This document shows, one piece after another, positions 47,890 through 59,639 of a DNA stretch of 64,000 nucleotides. The stretch lies in assembly GCF_020745735.1 (NCBI RefSeq), contig NC_083402.1, forward strand, positions 7,440,001 to 7,504,000. The letters run 5' to 3'. Position 1 is the first letter of the stretch; each line of letters starts with the position of its first letter. This stretch comes from Hemiscyllium ocellatum. Its lineage: Eukaryota. Under the pieces are notes generated by a model. It was not told the DNA's origin and did not search any database. It saw only the letters and a program-made list of their open reading frames with translations. The position numbers and the translations under genes are program-made.

Positions 47890-50875
47890 CCTCCCCCTCC
47901 TCCACTTTTTTTTTAAACAAAAACAGAACATGGTAATGTGAATCCCAGGTGGAATGTTAGATTGGGGTTAGAGGCCTATTAGGCTCCAACCTTGGTTTCT
48001 AGCGGTAGAGGTTAGGACTGTTTAAATGACCTGACCATGATGTGGTTAGGAGAAAAACAAAATCTGAGACAAGGTGGTCATGAAGACCAATGTTTCAAAG
48101 ACGAGTGAATGTGTCGGGGCTTGCAAGAGATCAATCATTGAAATATAAACGAAAGTGAAGCTGGCCTGACTGACAGAGACCAGTTTAAATGTGGGTCATA
48201 GAGATGAAGGTGAGGGTACCATGAAGAATCTGACTTGGAGATTCTATCCAATGAGCAGAAAATTGAAGAATTATAACTTGGTTAAATTCCTCAGCGTGCA
48301 GAGGAATAAAGCTGGAAGAGGTGTGAGCTGCATGAGAGTTTTGATCACCAGAAACAGTTGCACCTTCCCTTGAGTGGCTATCAGGAGTTGTTTCATCACT
48401 TGGATCATTGAATCAGTGCATTTGTCAAAGAGACACCAAACAGAGAGTCTGAATCCTCTGTCTCTGGGGTGTCTGTATCAAATCCTCCCTGTTCTCCTGT
48501 TGGTGTGCTATCCGTCCCCCTATTGGAGAAAGATGGAATTGCCACCTGGAAGTTTGCATTAGTTTTGTTTAATCTGTAATTCTCTGGGTTCCCAGACATG
48601 GGCCTTGCCATGCCCCCTATTGGAGACATCTGGAATTACCGTCTGGGAGTCTGAGCTCGCCTGCTCTGGGTGTCCCTGTTGGTATACTGTCACTCCCCCT
48701 TTTGGAGTCATCAGGAACTGCTGCCTGACAGTCTGAGTGAGTCTGTTCTGAGTGAGTCTTCTGTCCATGGTGTGGGGATACCGTTAAGTATCTGAGTTGG
48801 GTGGTATCTCCTCACCATGAGGACAAATGGAAGCACTGTCTCCTAGGTTTTGTTATTCTGTTGCACATTCAGTCTGCGGTTCATTCTGCCTGTGATCCCA
48901 CTGGATTGGGGGTGGTAAGTGATGTGGAATTCCTGTTTGATACCAAACATGGTCATCACATTTTGCATTACTTGGCTGGTGAAATGGGGTTCCCTGATCT
49001 GACTCGATACTGCAGGGTAAACCCCACCTCGTGAACACCTGTTGTGTGAGGATCTGGCCTGTTGTTCTCACTGTGTTTGCCCCAATGGGAAATGCATCGA
49101 TCCGTTTTGTAAAAGTGTCGATGATGTCATGGATGTAGGTGTATCTGTTTTCACATGGAGGCAGGGCACCTATAGAGTCAACTTGGAGGTTTGTCCAGGG
49201 CCCTTCCACTGGACGTGTGTGCCAACACAGTTCTTCAAGTGTTCTGTCACAGCCTCGATTCCCTGGTGCCCATGCCATCATGGAATTAGTAAATAATGTG
49301 GTTCCTGTCCTGAGTCAGGACTACATATACTCCTGCCTTTTCGACTAACCCATCATGTACTTGCAGGGAATCTTTCCACATAGCTTAGGCATCTGGATAA
49401 ATCCCTGCCACAATCTGTTTTAACGGGTCATCACGATGTTGCTCTTGTCGAAGGTCTTCTACGTTAGTCTGACTTACAGTAACTGCATTGGCCTGCTCAC
49501 CTATAGGTAACTGCCACAATTTTCCAACATGAGCAACATTTTATGGAGAATTCACCTGCTCTGTAGTTACCTTCTGGGATGTCTTGTGGTGGTGTTTAAC
49601 TTTAATTATACTGTATTGCCTTCCACGGGCAGACTGCAGTCCATACTGTAATAAAGGAGGCTGTTGGTAGTGATTTCCCATTGGGAGAAATTAAACCTTT
49701 GCTTCCCAGAGTGGTAAGAATTCAGTGAGGTTGTTGCACACACACATACTGTTGGAAAATATATCTGTGGGTGGAGGAACAGGTTGGAGTGGCTAACTAC
49801 ATAAGCCACAGCTGTTAGTTCCACAGCCTGGGCACTGAGTTGGCTAATTGAAACAATAGCTGTCCCTGAGTGTTGGTCATGTGTATCCCACAGCCGGTGA
49901 TCCACATGCCATCCTGTCCAGTGGAGGCTCCACCTACATAAATTCCGATGGCTGTGTCTGCTTGGTTATTCTCTTGTCTCATCCCTAACCGTTTTCCCAG
50001 CTGTTTGGGTCAGAAAAGTGCCAGTGGGGTGTTTTGTGGCTATGATTTGGCAGTCATGTGGGTCTCCTCCATAATTCAGGCCATCAGCTAGGAAGCTAGG
50101 CACCTTGGTACGTTTGACCGTGATGTCCCGACTCTGAAGCAGTGGAGTTCATTGTGTGGCTCGAATCTGTCTCACTGAGCCATCTTTGATTGGGCTGTCC
50201 AGCAGGAGCTGGTTTGGTGTATGTTCAGTCAGTATGGTCAGTGGGTTTAAACCAATAATGTAGTCAAAGTATTGGCCTGCCCAAAAGACTGTGTGGTGGT
50301 GCCATTCCCACATGGAAAGCCCTTGCTCCACGGGCTGTAGGACCCTGGAGACATAAGCCCCTGGCCCTTGCCTACCGTGTCACTCTTGCAGTGGAACAGC
50401 AGCTATCGTCTGGTCTGTGGCTGCAGCTTCGAGGGCGTATGGTAAATCAGGGTTGGGAACTAGTCAGGCAGGAGCTGTTGTGAGGGCGTGTTGTAACTCA
50501 GTTACTCCTCTGTGTGTTGAGGTGTCCAATTCCAGGCAGCGTCCTTTATCAGTAACTCTGAGACTGGGGCTGCTTTGATGGTGAACCCATCAATGTGGTT
50601 TCTGCACTATCCCACTAACCCAAGGAAGGATCAAAGTGCACGACCATCTCGGGGGAGTGGGAGTCGTTCTATGGTCTCTAATCGCTTTTAGTCTATTTCC
50701 CTTTTCCTGTGGGTGATTATCATTCACAAGGATGTGACCCTAGGCTGTAGAATTTGTGTCTTTTTCAGATTAATTTTGCAATCCTAGCCTGTGTAACAGA
50801 TCGAGTAATTCACCTCGGAGCTGAATGTGCTCCTCCTTTGTTTCTGTTTACACAAGTCGGTCGTGTACATATTGT
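47890..50875 (-). mobile_element. Degenerate retrovirus-like/LTR-retroelement pol (RT end, tether, RNase H, integrase)
   Basis: On -: LIQYVHD (YVDD-derived) at 50860-50880, SFLGLVG, SAQAVELTAV, LQVDSIGALP...IDTFTK...IESDQGTPF; polypurine run at 47890-47914; many stops and frameshifts. Confidence 0.85.
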
Positions 50876-50879
50876 ATGA

Positions 50880-51010
50880 GGCAAAAGTGAGGCCTGCAGA
50901 TGCTGGAAACTAGAGTTTAGATCAGAGTGGTGCTGGAAAAGCACAGCAGGTCAGGCAGCATCTGAGGAGTAGGAAAATCGACAATTTGGGCAAAAGCCCT
51001 TCATCAGGAA
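50880..51010 (-). mobile_element. Penelope terminal repeat with decayed hammerhead
   Basis: tcatcag core at 51001-51007; GAAA mutated. Confidence 0.8.
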
Positions 51011-51313
51011 TATCTCAGCCAGTAGCCTCCTCCAAATAAGGGTACTGGGCACCTCCATGTCGATTGAATTACTCCCTGCTCCCAATTGTCCCGAGGGTGA
51101 CATTCCATTGTCCCATTCAAGTCCAGCTTCAGGTGTGTATTGCAGGGTCTGTAGCTGTCAGGTTTGTTTGTAAACCGTCTGTGAGCAGCTGTAGCCTGTC
51201 TGGATCCTGCAGCGTGTGGATTAGCACAGTCACTTTAGTCAAGGCTGGGTTTGATTTCCCAGCATGCTTTAATCATTGTCCATCTTTTGCAACGCCATGC
51301 TAAGTTTGTTATT

Positions 51314-52362
51314 TACACCATTTATCGCACCCCTCTTTGTTCTTCCTATCATGATGTGTCACTTCACTCTTCCCAGTGTTAACTTTCATTTGGCTGGCCA
51401 TTTCACCAGCCTATATGCCCCAGAGCCTGTCAGCACTTTCCTCACTCTTCACTGGGTTTTTGAATTTTGTTTCATCTGCAAACATTGGAGTTTGTCCTGT
51501 ATCCCTGAGTGCAGATCATTCACAAAGATCAAGAAGAGAATTATATCACCAGTGCTGCACACTTCCCTCCCGTCTGAAATAAAACCACAGACCACAGCGC
51601 TCTGCTTCCTGGCCCAAAGCCAATTCCCAAACCACACAGCCAGTAACTTTGAACCTCATCTGCTTCAATTTAAAGAAGATATGTACATCGTACTTCACAG
51701 CAGGGGCAAGCCCTATGGCCCATCGAGTTTTATCCACAATTCATTAAGACCATAACTGATCTGGTTCTGGCTCAGTTCTGCTCTCCTCCCTTGTCCCCAC
51801 TACTCTCGATAAGGCCAAAGGCTGGTAGTCAGACAGCATGTGTTAGCACCGAGGCTACAGGGATGAGAGGGATTGGTGGGAGGGGATGGAGTCATTTGTT
51901 GACACAAATAGTGAATGAGTTTCATCCTTTGTGTTTTGAATCCACCCAGGATCACAGCTCTCTCCATGATGTCCATCACTCCTCAGGCAGCTGCTCTCAC
52001 CACACCCTGAGACCCACACAGTGCTATGTGCCATCGTATACACACTCTTGACCTCTCTCTCCATCAGCATCCGTTCACACTGTCTCAAAGCTGTCCACAG
52101 CCCCAGGTTCGACATCATTCTCTGGCTCGTTCAACAGATAACATGAAACTTTTTCTCTTCCTTTCAGGCAATAACACAAGCTGCAACAATTCAGAGTTAC
52201 CCCCACCCCTCTGGAACCTTCCTCCACCCACTGTCCCACTTGTCTCTCCCCATTGTCCTACCTCCACCTCTTGTTGGACATTTACTATCCCTTCTCCGAT
52301 GCTGAATGTTCTGTACTCAGCAAAGGTCTCAGTTTTAATCACTTTGCACTCCCACCTCACCA
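51314..52362. repeat. Inverted duplication arm 2 (matches 35938-36938)
   Basis: See arm 1. Confidence 0.9.
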
Positions 52363-53326
52363 GAGCTCCATCTTCTTCAATAACCTGCGATCGAGACAAG
52401 GTGGGTCAGTCACAGAAACCCGTCAAATAACAGTCAGGGAGCTGCAGGGACAGTGAAACGACACGGGGACACACCCAGAGAGTGATACCCTTCTCAAGGC
52501 TCATCATCTGAGTCGAATCCTGCAAAGCTAACTCCGTGTCTCTCTCCACAGATGCTGTTAGAGCTGCTGAGTTTCTCCAGCTTTGTCTGATTTTATTTTT
52601 TGATTTCCAGCATCCACAGGATGTGGTTTCTGGATTACTCAAACGACAGATGTTCTCTTCAGGTTTTTTGTCTCTTACTCATCCGTGCACAATCATGAGA
52701 AATGCCACCCCACAATCACTTCGCCAGCCTGGCTGCTGTGAGGAAGGGGGCAGAGTTGGTCAGGCGGTGGTGCCTGGACACACTGACCATTTCCTGCAGA
52801 GTGTCAGCTGTATCTCACCCAAGTGTAAACCAACAACATCCCCGGGGTAAAAGCTGAAGGAACTACAAACCCTGGAAATCCGAAACAAAAACAAATAGTT
52901 GGAAAAGCTCTGGCAGCATCTGTGGAGAGAAATCAGAGTGAAGGATTCAGGTCCAGTCAGGCCTTGCTCTGTGGTGGAATTGGCAGCACCGTCAGGCTTG
53001 TTCAGTCAGAGCAATGCACAGACTCCTTCCCACTGTGGGACCACTGAACTGATGCTTTGACCAAGCTGAAATTCCCGAGGTTAGGCAGTGAATGTGGAAT
53101 CTCCATCTCCAAATCCAGAATGTGGCGCAATACTCCCCACTCCCACCTCACCGAAGTTCAGACACGACATGATGTGGGATACGAAGCACAAACAAATCAG
53201 CCAAGATCTTCCTGAATGTTGGAGCAGGCTTGAGGGGCTGAATGGTTTACCCCTGCCCCAATTTCTTCTGGTCATGTGTTTCATTCGGGGTAGGACCACA
53301 CAGACTATCCAAAACATTCATGAGAA

Positions 53327-54072
53327 ATGTGATTGGAGCAGGGAGGATATTGGAAGGTAGGAGAGAGTTGAGGTGAGGCAGGAGCAAATATTAGAGGGTG
53401 CAGGGAATGAGAAGATGGTGAGAACAGATTCAGTAGTTTTCATATCCTTGCGAGGCACGTGGGTCTCACAGGCAAGGCCAGCGTTTGTTGCCCATCCCTG
53501 AACACCCTTGAAGTGAGAGGCTTGCTTGGCCATTTCAGAGGGCAGCAGGTCAGAGTCAGACACATTGCATTCAATCGCTCCAAAAAGGACACACTGAGGT
53601 TTGAAATGAGGATTTGAAGTCACCTGTTGTGCCGATAGGGTAAAGGTGGTAGATTTGCTTCCCTGAAGGACATTAATGAAACAGGTTCTATCTTTAAACA
53701 ACAATCGATGTTAATTCAGATGGTCACCATCACAGAGATGAGTTTATGCTTCCAGATTTAATAATTAAAAGTAAATTCTACAAGTTGCCATGGTGAAAAT
53801 TGAACCCCTCTCCCCCGAGCATGAACCCGACCCTCAGGTTCCCCACTGGGAGTCATTTGAGATGTGTGACACCCAACTGGACTGTTTTCCTTGACCCATA
53901 CCAAAGCAGCAGACAGACTGGCCGTGAACAGCTCGAGGCAGCAAGGACCGGGCTGAGCCAATTACTCAGCCAGATGATTCAGGGAATCGGAAATGGTTAT
54001 TGTCCAAGAATCCATCCAGGGTCAGGGACTGAGGAGATTTCCATCTCCATCGCTCAGATAATAATTTAAAGA
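53327..54072. repeat. Direct duplication unit 1 (matches 58298-59042)
   Basis: Colinear similarity from gattggagcagg to cagataataat; visibly more diverged than the inverted pair. Confidence 0.8.
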
Positions 54073-54448
54073 GCCTGGTCAGCTCCCTTCATGGAAACCC
54101 ATTGGTTGTGGGATCGCTTAGGTCCGTCTACCACTTGCTGCTTGTACTGTTTGGTACACAAGTACACCTGTATGGTCACTTCTCCAGACGAACACCTCAG
54201 TTTTAGGTGTGGCTGTTGCTGCTTGTGACATGCCCTCCTATACTCTCCAGTGAACCTGAAGTAATCCCCTGGCTAAATGGTAATGGCTGAGTGAGGGAGA
54301 TGCCGGACTATGAGGTTACAGGTGTGCTGGAGTACAATGTTGCTGCTGCTGATGGCCCACAGTGTCTCATGGATGTGCAGGCAGGAGTTGCTAGATCTGT
54401 TTAAAACCTGTCGCATTTAGCATGGTGATAGAGTCACACAACATGTAG

Positions 54449-54731
54449 NNNNNNNNNNNNNNNNNNNNNNNNNNNNNNNNNNNNNNNNNNNNNNNNNNNN
54501 NNNNNNNNNNNNNNNNNNNNNNNNNNNNNNNNNNNNNNNNNNNNNNNNNNNNNNNNNNNNNNNNNNNNNNNNNNNNNNNNNNNNNNNNNNNNNNNNNNNN
54601 NNNNNNNNNNNNNNNNNNNNNNNNNNNNNNNNNNNNNNNNNNNNNNNNNNNNNNNNNNNNNNNNNNNNNNNNNNNNNNNNNNNNNNNNNNNNNNNNNNNN
54701 NNNNNNNNNNNNNNNNNNNNNNNNNNNNNNN
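54449..54731. other. Assembly gap (283 N)
   Basis: Direct reading. Confidence 1.
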
Positions 54732-54934
54732 ACGCACGAACCCACATGCAGACACACACACAGACACACACACACAAACTAAGCTCTGGTCTTTGGGGAG
54801 GGGGAAACCACTTGAAACAGTTTCAATGGTCCTCTGTTCACAAGACCTGCTGAGATGATCCTTGTGCTGATCAGAATGCTGATCGTTGTTCTTCCTTCTC
54901 CAGGTCAGCACCTGGAATAATTTGTTTTGAAAGT

Positions 54935-56090
54935 CTGTAATAAACAGAAATCAGAGCAGCTCAGAATTATAATTTCAGTTTGAGGGGAATTACCTGAAAG
55001 GGGAACATTTACCTCAACAATTGTACATTTATTTTATTAATTGATAGGATGGGTGTATCACGGGCCAGGCCAGCACTTATTGCCCATCCATAGTTGCCCA
55101 GAGAGCAACCAAAACCTAACCATACCGCGGTGGGTCTGGAGTTACATGTTGGCAGAAGTGGGTACTGCAGATGTTGGAGATTAGAGTCAAGATGAGAGTG
55201 GTGCTGGAAAAGCACAGCAGGTCAGGCAGCATCTGAAAAGCAGGCAAAAGCCTTTCATCAGGAACTCATCAGGAATCACATGGAGGCCGGTCCCTGTAAG
55301 GATGGCATTTACTGTCCATAAGGACATTACTGACCCAGACGGGTATTTCCTGACAAGTGGTAATGAGTTTGTAGTCACTATTAGACTCTTAATTCCAGAT
55401 TGTTTTGTATATAAATTCCACCATTCCCTGTGGAATGATTCAATTCTAGTTCCCCAGAACATTACCTGGTTCTCTGGATTAACCATCCAGCCAATTTGCC
55501 ATGATGCCCTCACATCCTCTTTTCCCTCATTCTCTTCCTGACCGGGATAAACATACTGGGAGAGACAAACTGTTGACCGACGGTCAAGTACCATCTAATA
55601 GGATAGGGGAGAATCTGTTTGCCTTCTGATTGGTGCAGAAAACCAACACCCCAATGAAGATGGGCAGGTTGGCAGACCAATGCTAGAGCACTGGGATGAG
55701 GAGGTGGGGCTTGGAAGTCATGGGATCAACCCCCAGTGATCTGACTGAACAGCATTAGAGATGCCAGGAACAAGGAACTATATCACACAGCCCCAACTGG
55801 TTCTATCCAATACATGGGAGAGTGGGATCCTGGAGCCTGGGAGCAGGTGGAGTGTCAGAGAAAAAGGGAGAGGAAATTAGAACTGGTGTTGAAATGAAAG
55901 ACTGATTCACTCACGTCTGAATAAGCAACTCAGAGAGTCTTGCTGTTTGAACTGAAGGAGAATTGTTGTTATTGAGGAGGATTACTTTTAAACATTTAGA
56001 TTCATCACAAAATGGAATAGTATATAAAATATGCTGAAGAACAATTATCGTCACTTACCATTTTCTGCTCCTGTGCCTTCCCTTTCCAGC
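54935..56090 (-). pseudogene. Inverted paralogue of the cytoplasmic exon module, lacking both tyrosine motifs
   Basis: The reverse complement aligns with 45071-45724: donor aaaatg|gtaagt at 56059, spacer-exon homologue 55911-55945 with an in-frame TGA (55930-55932), conserved intron sequence and last acceptor at 54935, followed by unrelated sequence. Confidence 0.75.
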
Positions 56091-56115
56091 CTGTTCAGTG
56101 TGAGGAGAAATACAG

Positions 56116-56370
56116 TTACCCCAACATCCTTCCCTTCAGTATGAGGGTAATTACTATGAGAGGAGCATTTACCCCAACATCCTTCCCTTCGGTGTGAGAG
56201 TAATTACTGGGAGGAGAGCATTTGCTCCAACATCCTTCCCTGCAGTGTGGTGGTGATTACTGTGAGGGGAGTATTTACCCCAACGTCCTTCCCTTCAGTG
56301 TGAGGGTAATTACTCTGAGGGGAGCATTTACCCCATCATCAACCCCTTTCACTCTGAGGGTAATTATAGA
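56116..56370. repeat. 53-bp minisatellite, about 4.8 units
   Basis: Units start at 56116, 56169, 56222, 56275 and 56328 (ttaccccaacatccttcccttcagt.tgagggtaattact...). Confidence 0.95.
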
Positions 56371-56689
56371 AAAGAGGAACATTAAATGCAATGTTCTGGG
56401 ACAAAATTAACTGGTACTTAGGGTCACAGAGTCATACAGCACAGAAACAGACCCTTTAGCCTAACATGGAGAAAGTGAGGACTGCAGATGCTGGAGATCA
56501 GAGCTAAATAATGTGTTGCTGCGCTTTTCCAGCAACACATTTTTCAGCTTGAGCCTAACATGTCCATTCCAGTAAGTTTTCCCCAACTGAACCAGTCCCA
56601 TTTTCCTGTGTTTGACCCATATCTCTCTCACCCTCTCCGAACCATGTACCGGTCCAAAATGTCTTTTAATTTGGTGGCTGTGAGGTGGG

Positions 56690-57225
56690 TCTTTCATCAG
56701 AGTGAACCCACTGGTGCGTCAATAGTGAGTGAATCCACTCCAACACTCTGAGCAAGTGAATGGTCTCTCCCCATTATGAACATGTTGGTGTGCAGTGAGG
56801 TGAGATGATTGCCTGAACCCTGTCCCACAGTGAGACCACCAGAGCAGTCTCTCCCCAGTGCGAACGTGGTGATGGATCATCCGATGGTGAATACATTTAT
56901 TGCTTTTCCCACAGTCTGAACTTTTAAAAGCTTCTTAATGTAGTGAATGTGCTGGTGTCTCAGCAGCTGGGATGATTGAGTGTATCCCTTGCCATACTCT
57001 GTGTGGGTGAACGGCCTCTCCCCAGTGTGAACTCACTGATGTACAGTCAGCTGGGATGATCGCCTGAACCCAGTTCCACAGTGAGAACACTTGAATGGTC
57101 TCCTGAATCATCCCCATCAGTGAACACACATTAATGGGACATCAGTTCTCCAGGAGGTTTACAGCATTGCCTCCATCCTGAATATTTATAAGGTCTCTCC
57201 CCGTGTGAACTCTCCGGTGCCTCCA
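56690..57225 (-). pseudogene. C2H2 zinc-finger array remnant
   Basis: [30 protein letters not shown]...; TGERP linkers, stops, lost cysteines. Confidence 0.88.
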
Positions 57226-57524
57226 GACAGACATATACAAAATGTTGAATAAAGTCTTCAGTGCTTGATGTGATGTAGATTTAATGAGTGATTTGTGTGA
57301 ATGAGAGGGTTTTTATATGGTGAAGCCGACAACAGATACTTTGAGTTTTATTTTATTTCATCTCAGCGTGGCTCTTGAAGGCCAGTTGTGATGGAGCTGA
57401 GTGAGTTGTTCAGGAAGAAGACCATACGACACAGGAACTGAAGTGGGCTATTCATCCCATCAGGGTCTCGCAGGTACAGTGCTGCTGTGACTGAGGGGTT
57501 GGGAGGATATGAAATGGGAACCAT

Positions 57525-57599
57525 TCACAAACAGGAAACTCCGAACAGACATGTGGCTGTCACTCCTTTTACCAGGATACGAATATCGATGTCCTTCCC
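57525..57599 (-). other. Candidate lysine-containing transmembrane-like segment
   Basis: After a tttgcttccacag acceptor, GKDIDIRILVKGVTATCLFGVSCL*; phase 0 as written and no strong donor. Confidence 0.25.
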
Positions 57600-58297
57600 C
57601 TGTGGAAGCAAATGCTTTCCTTTTTGTCTGAGAGAAAAGATGTCAGATGTTGGTGTGACTGTGTGTGTTCCAAAGTATTCACTAACCAGATTAGACCATC
57701 CTGGAGCATGTGCTGACTCTGTGTCCCCCACCTGCAGAAGGTGCTGGGCTGGGTTTCACCAGCAATTTCTGTTTTTGTTTCTGATTTCCAGCATCCACCG
57801 CTCTTTGTCATTTTTCGATTCCCTGCGGCGAGTGTTTGTATTTCAGACTGGAGGGACGTGTGCTGAAACAAGGCTCTTTTTGAGCTGTGTGTATGACCTG
57901 GACTCAAGTGGACAGGACAGAATTTCAGTACTTGCAGGAAATATGAAGATCCAAAGTGTAGTGTAATGGACCAGATCAAACCACCTCAAAACATATCAAG
58001 GAGATAGCTTTGATCCTAACTTTTTTCTTGTTTAAATGCAAGTTCAAGGCATTGCACTCGAGATGTGATTCCATTGGTCAAACTATTCACCTTTAAACAA
58101 AACTCAATTTATTCTGACACCACAATTTAAATACAAATGAGAAAAAGAATTGGCATTACTTTACCTTTCATAAAATACTTAACAAAATAATATATTATTT
58201 AACAACTGCTCATCAACTGCTCCAATACAGCAGCATCACATAAGCACACACTTGGCAAAGGTAACGTCAACAAAGCAGACCTCCTACACTTGCAGAG

Positions 58298-59042
58298 ATG
58301 AGATTGGAGCAGGTGGGATATTGGTTACGAGGGGAGGGTCAAAGGGAAATAAGGGTAGAGAGAGTGAAGTGAAGCAGGGCCAGGTGTTAGAGGGTGCAGG
58401 GACTGAGCAGAGAGTGAGAACAGATAAGGTAGATTTTTAAAATTCAATCAAGGCATGTGGGTCTCGCTGGCAAGGCCAGTATTTGTTCCCCATCCCTAAC
58501 TGTCCTTGAACTGAGAGGCTTGCTTGGCCATTTCAGAGACAAGGACAGAGTCAGACACATTGCATTCAATCTGTCCTCAAAGGTCACACTGAAGTTTGAA
58601 GTGGGATCTGAAGTCACCTGGAGGGCAGATGAGGGAAAGATGGTGGATTTGTTTCCCTGAAGGACATTAGTGAAACAGGGTTTTTTTTGAGCAAGAAATG
58701 ATGATAATTCAGATGGCCACCATCAGGAAGAACAAGGCTTCAATCCCAGATTTATTAATTAAATTCCACATCTTGCCATGGTGAGGATTGAACCCCATTT
58801 CCCCAGAGCATAAACCTGATCTTCAGGGTCCCCTCAACAGCCCAGCTATGGGAGTCATTTGGGATGTGTGACTGGACTCTTTTCCTTGATCCATACAGAC
58901 CGGCCATAAACAGTTCGAAACAGCAAGGAACGGGCCTGACGATTCAGAAAATCAGAAATGGTTATTGTTCAAGAATCCATCTAGAGCCAGTGACTGAGGA
59001 AAGGAGTTTTAATCTTCATTGCTCAGATAATAATCTAAAGAA
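58298..59042. repeat. Direct duplication unit 2 (matches 53327-54072)
   Basis: See unit 1. Confidence 0.8.
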
Positions 59043-59639
59043 ACCAATCAGATCCCTTTCTGGAATGTTATGAAACAGGGATAACAAGCCAAACCAAACC
59101 CACCTCACTATCACTGGATACACAACACAATGAAAAGAAAACAGTCAATGATCCTCAAAATTCCTGAATGATTCTGACTGAGACATAACAAAGAACACAT
59201 CTTGGACACCAAGTCTACAATTTTAATGAAAATTAACAATTCATTCTGAAGAACAAAACTGAGCACAGATAAACTAAAAGGCAATAGCATGTTTTGAGTC
59301 AATTTGTAGTTCAGGTTGAGGTTCTGGATGTAGATTTGTTATCTGAGCAAACCAATACCCAAACTATAAGGTAATCTAATTAATATCTACCACCTAAGCC
59401 CAATCTTCATTGATTATAAACATCCAATCAGACATCTGTCACAAATATGTGTGCGCACATACACACACATGCGGAGTTAAGATAAATGAGAAAAATAAAA
59501 GAATTGTGATTTTCCAGTTTGATGACCATTTTACTGATAAACGTCAGGCCTTCATGAAATCCTTGGATGATGAGTTCTCTTACAGGAACATTGGTGTACG
59601 TCTTGCTTGAATTCCAGAGTCACTGGTCAATACAGACCG

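Noticed and set aside
54391-54911. ORFs spanning N runs (also 34412-34715)
   Set aside because: Artefacts of translating through assembly gaps.
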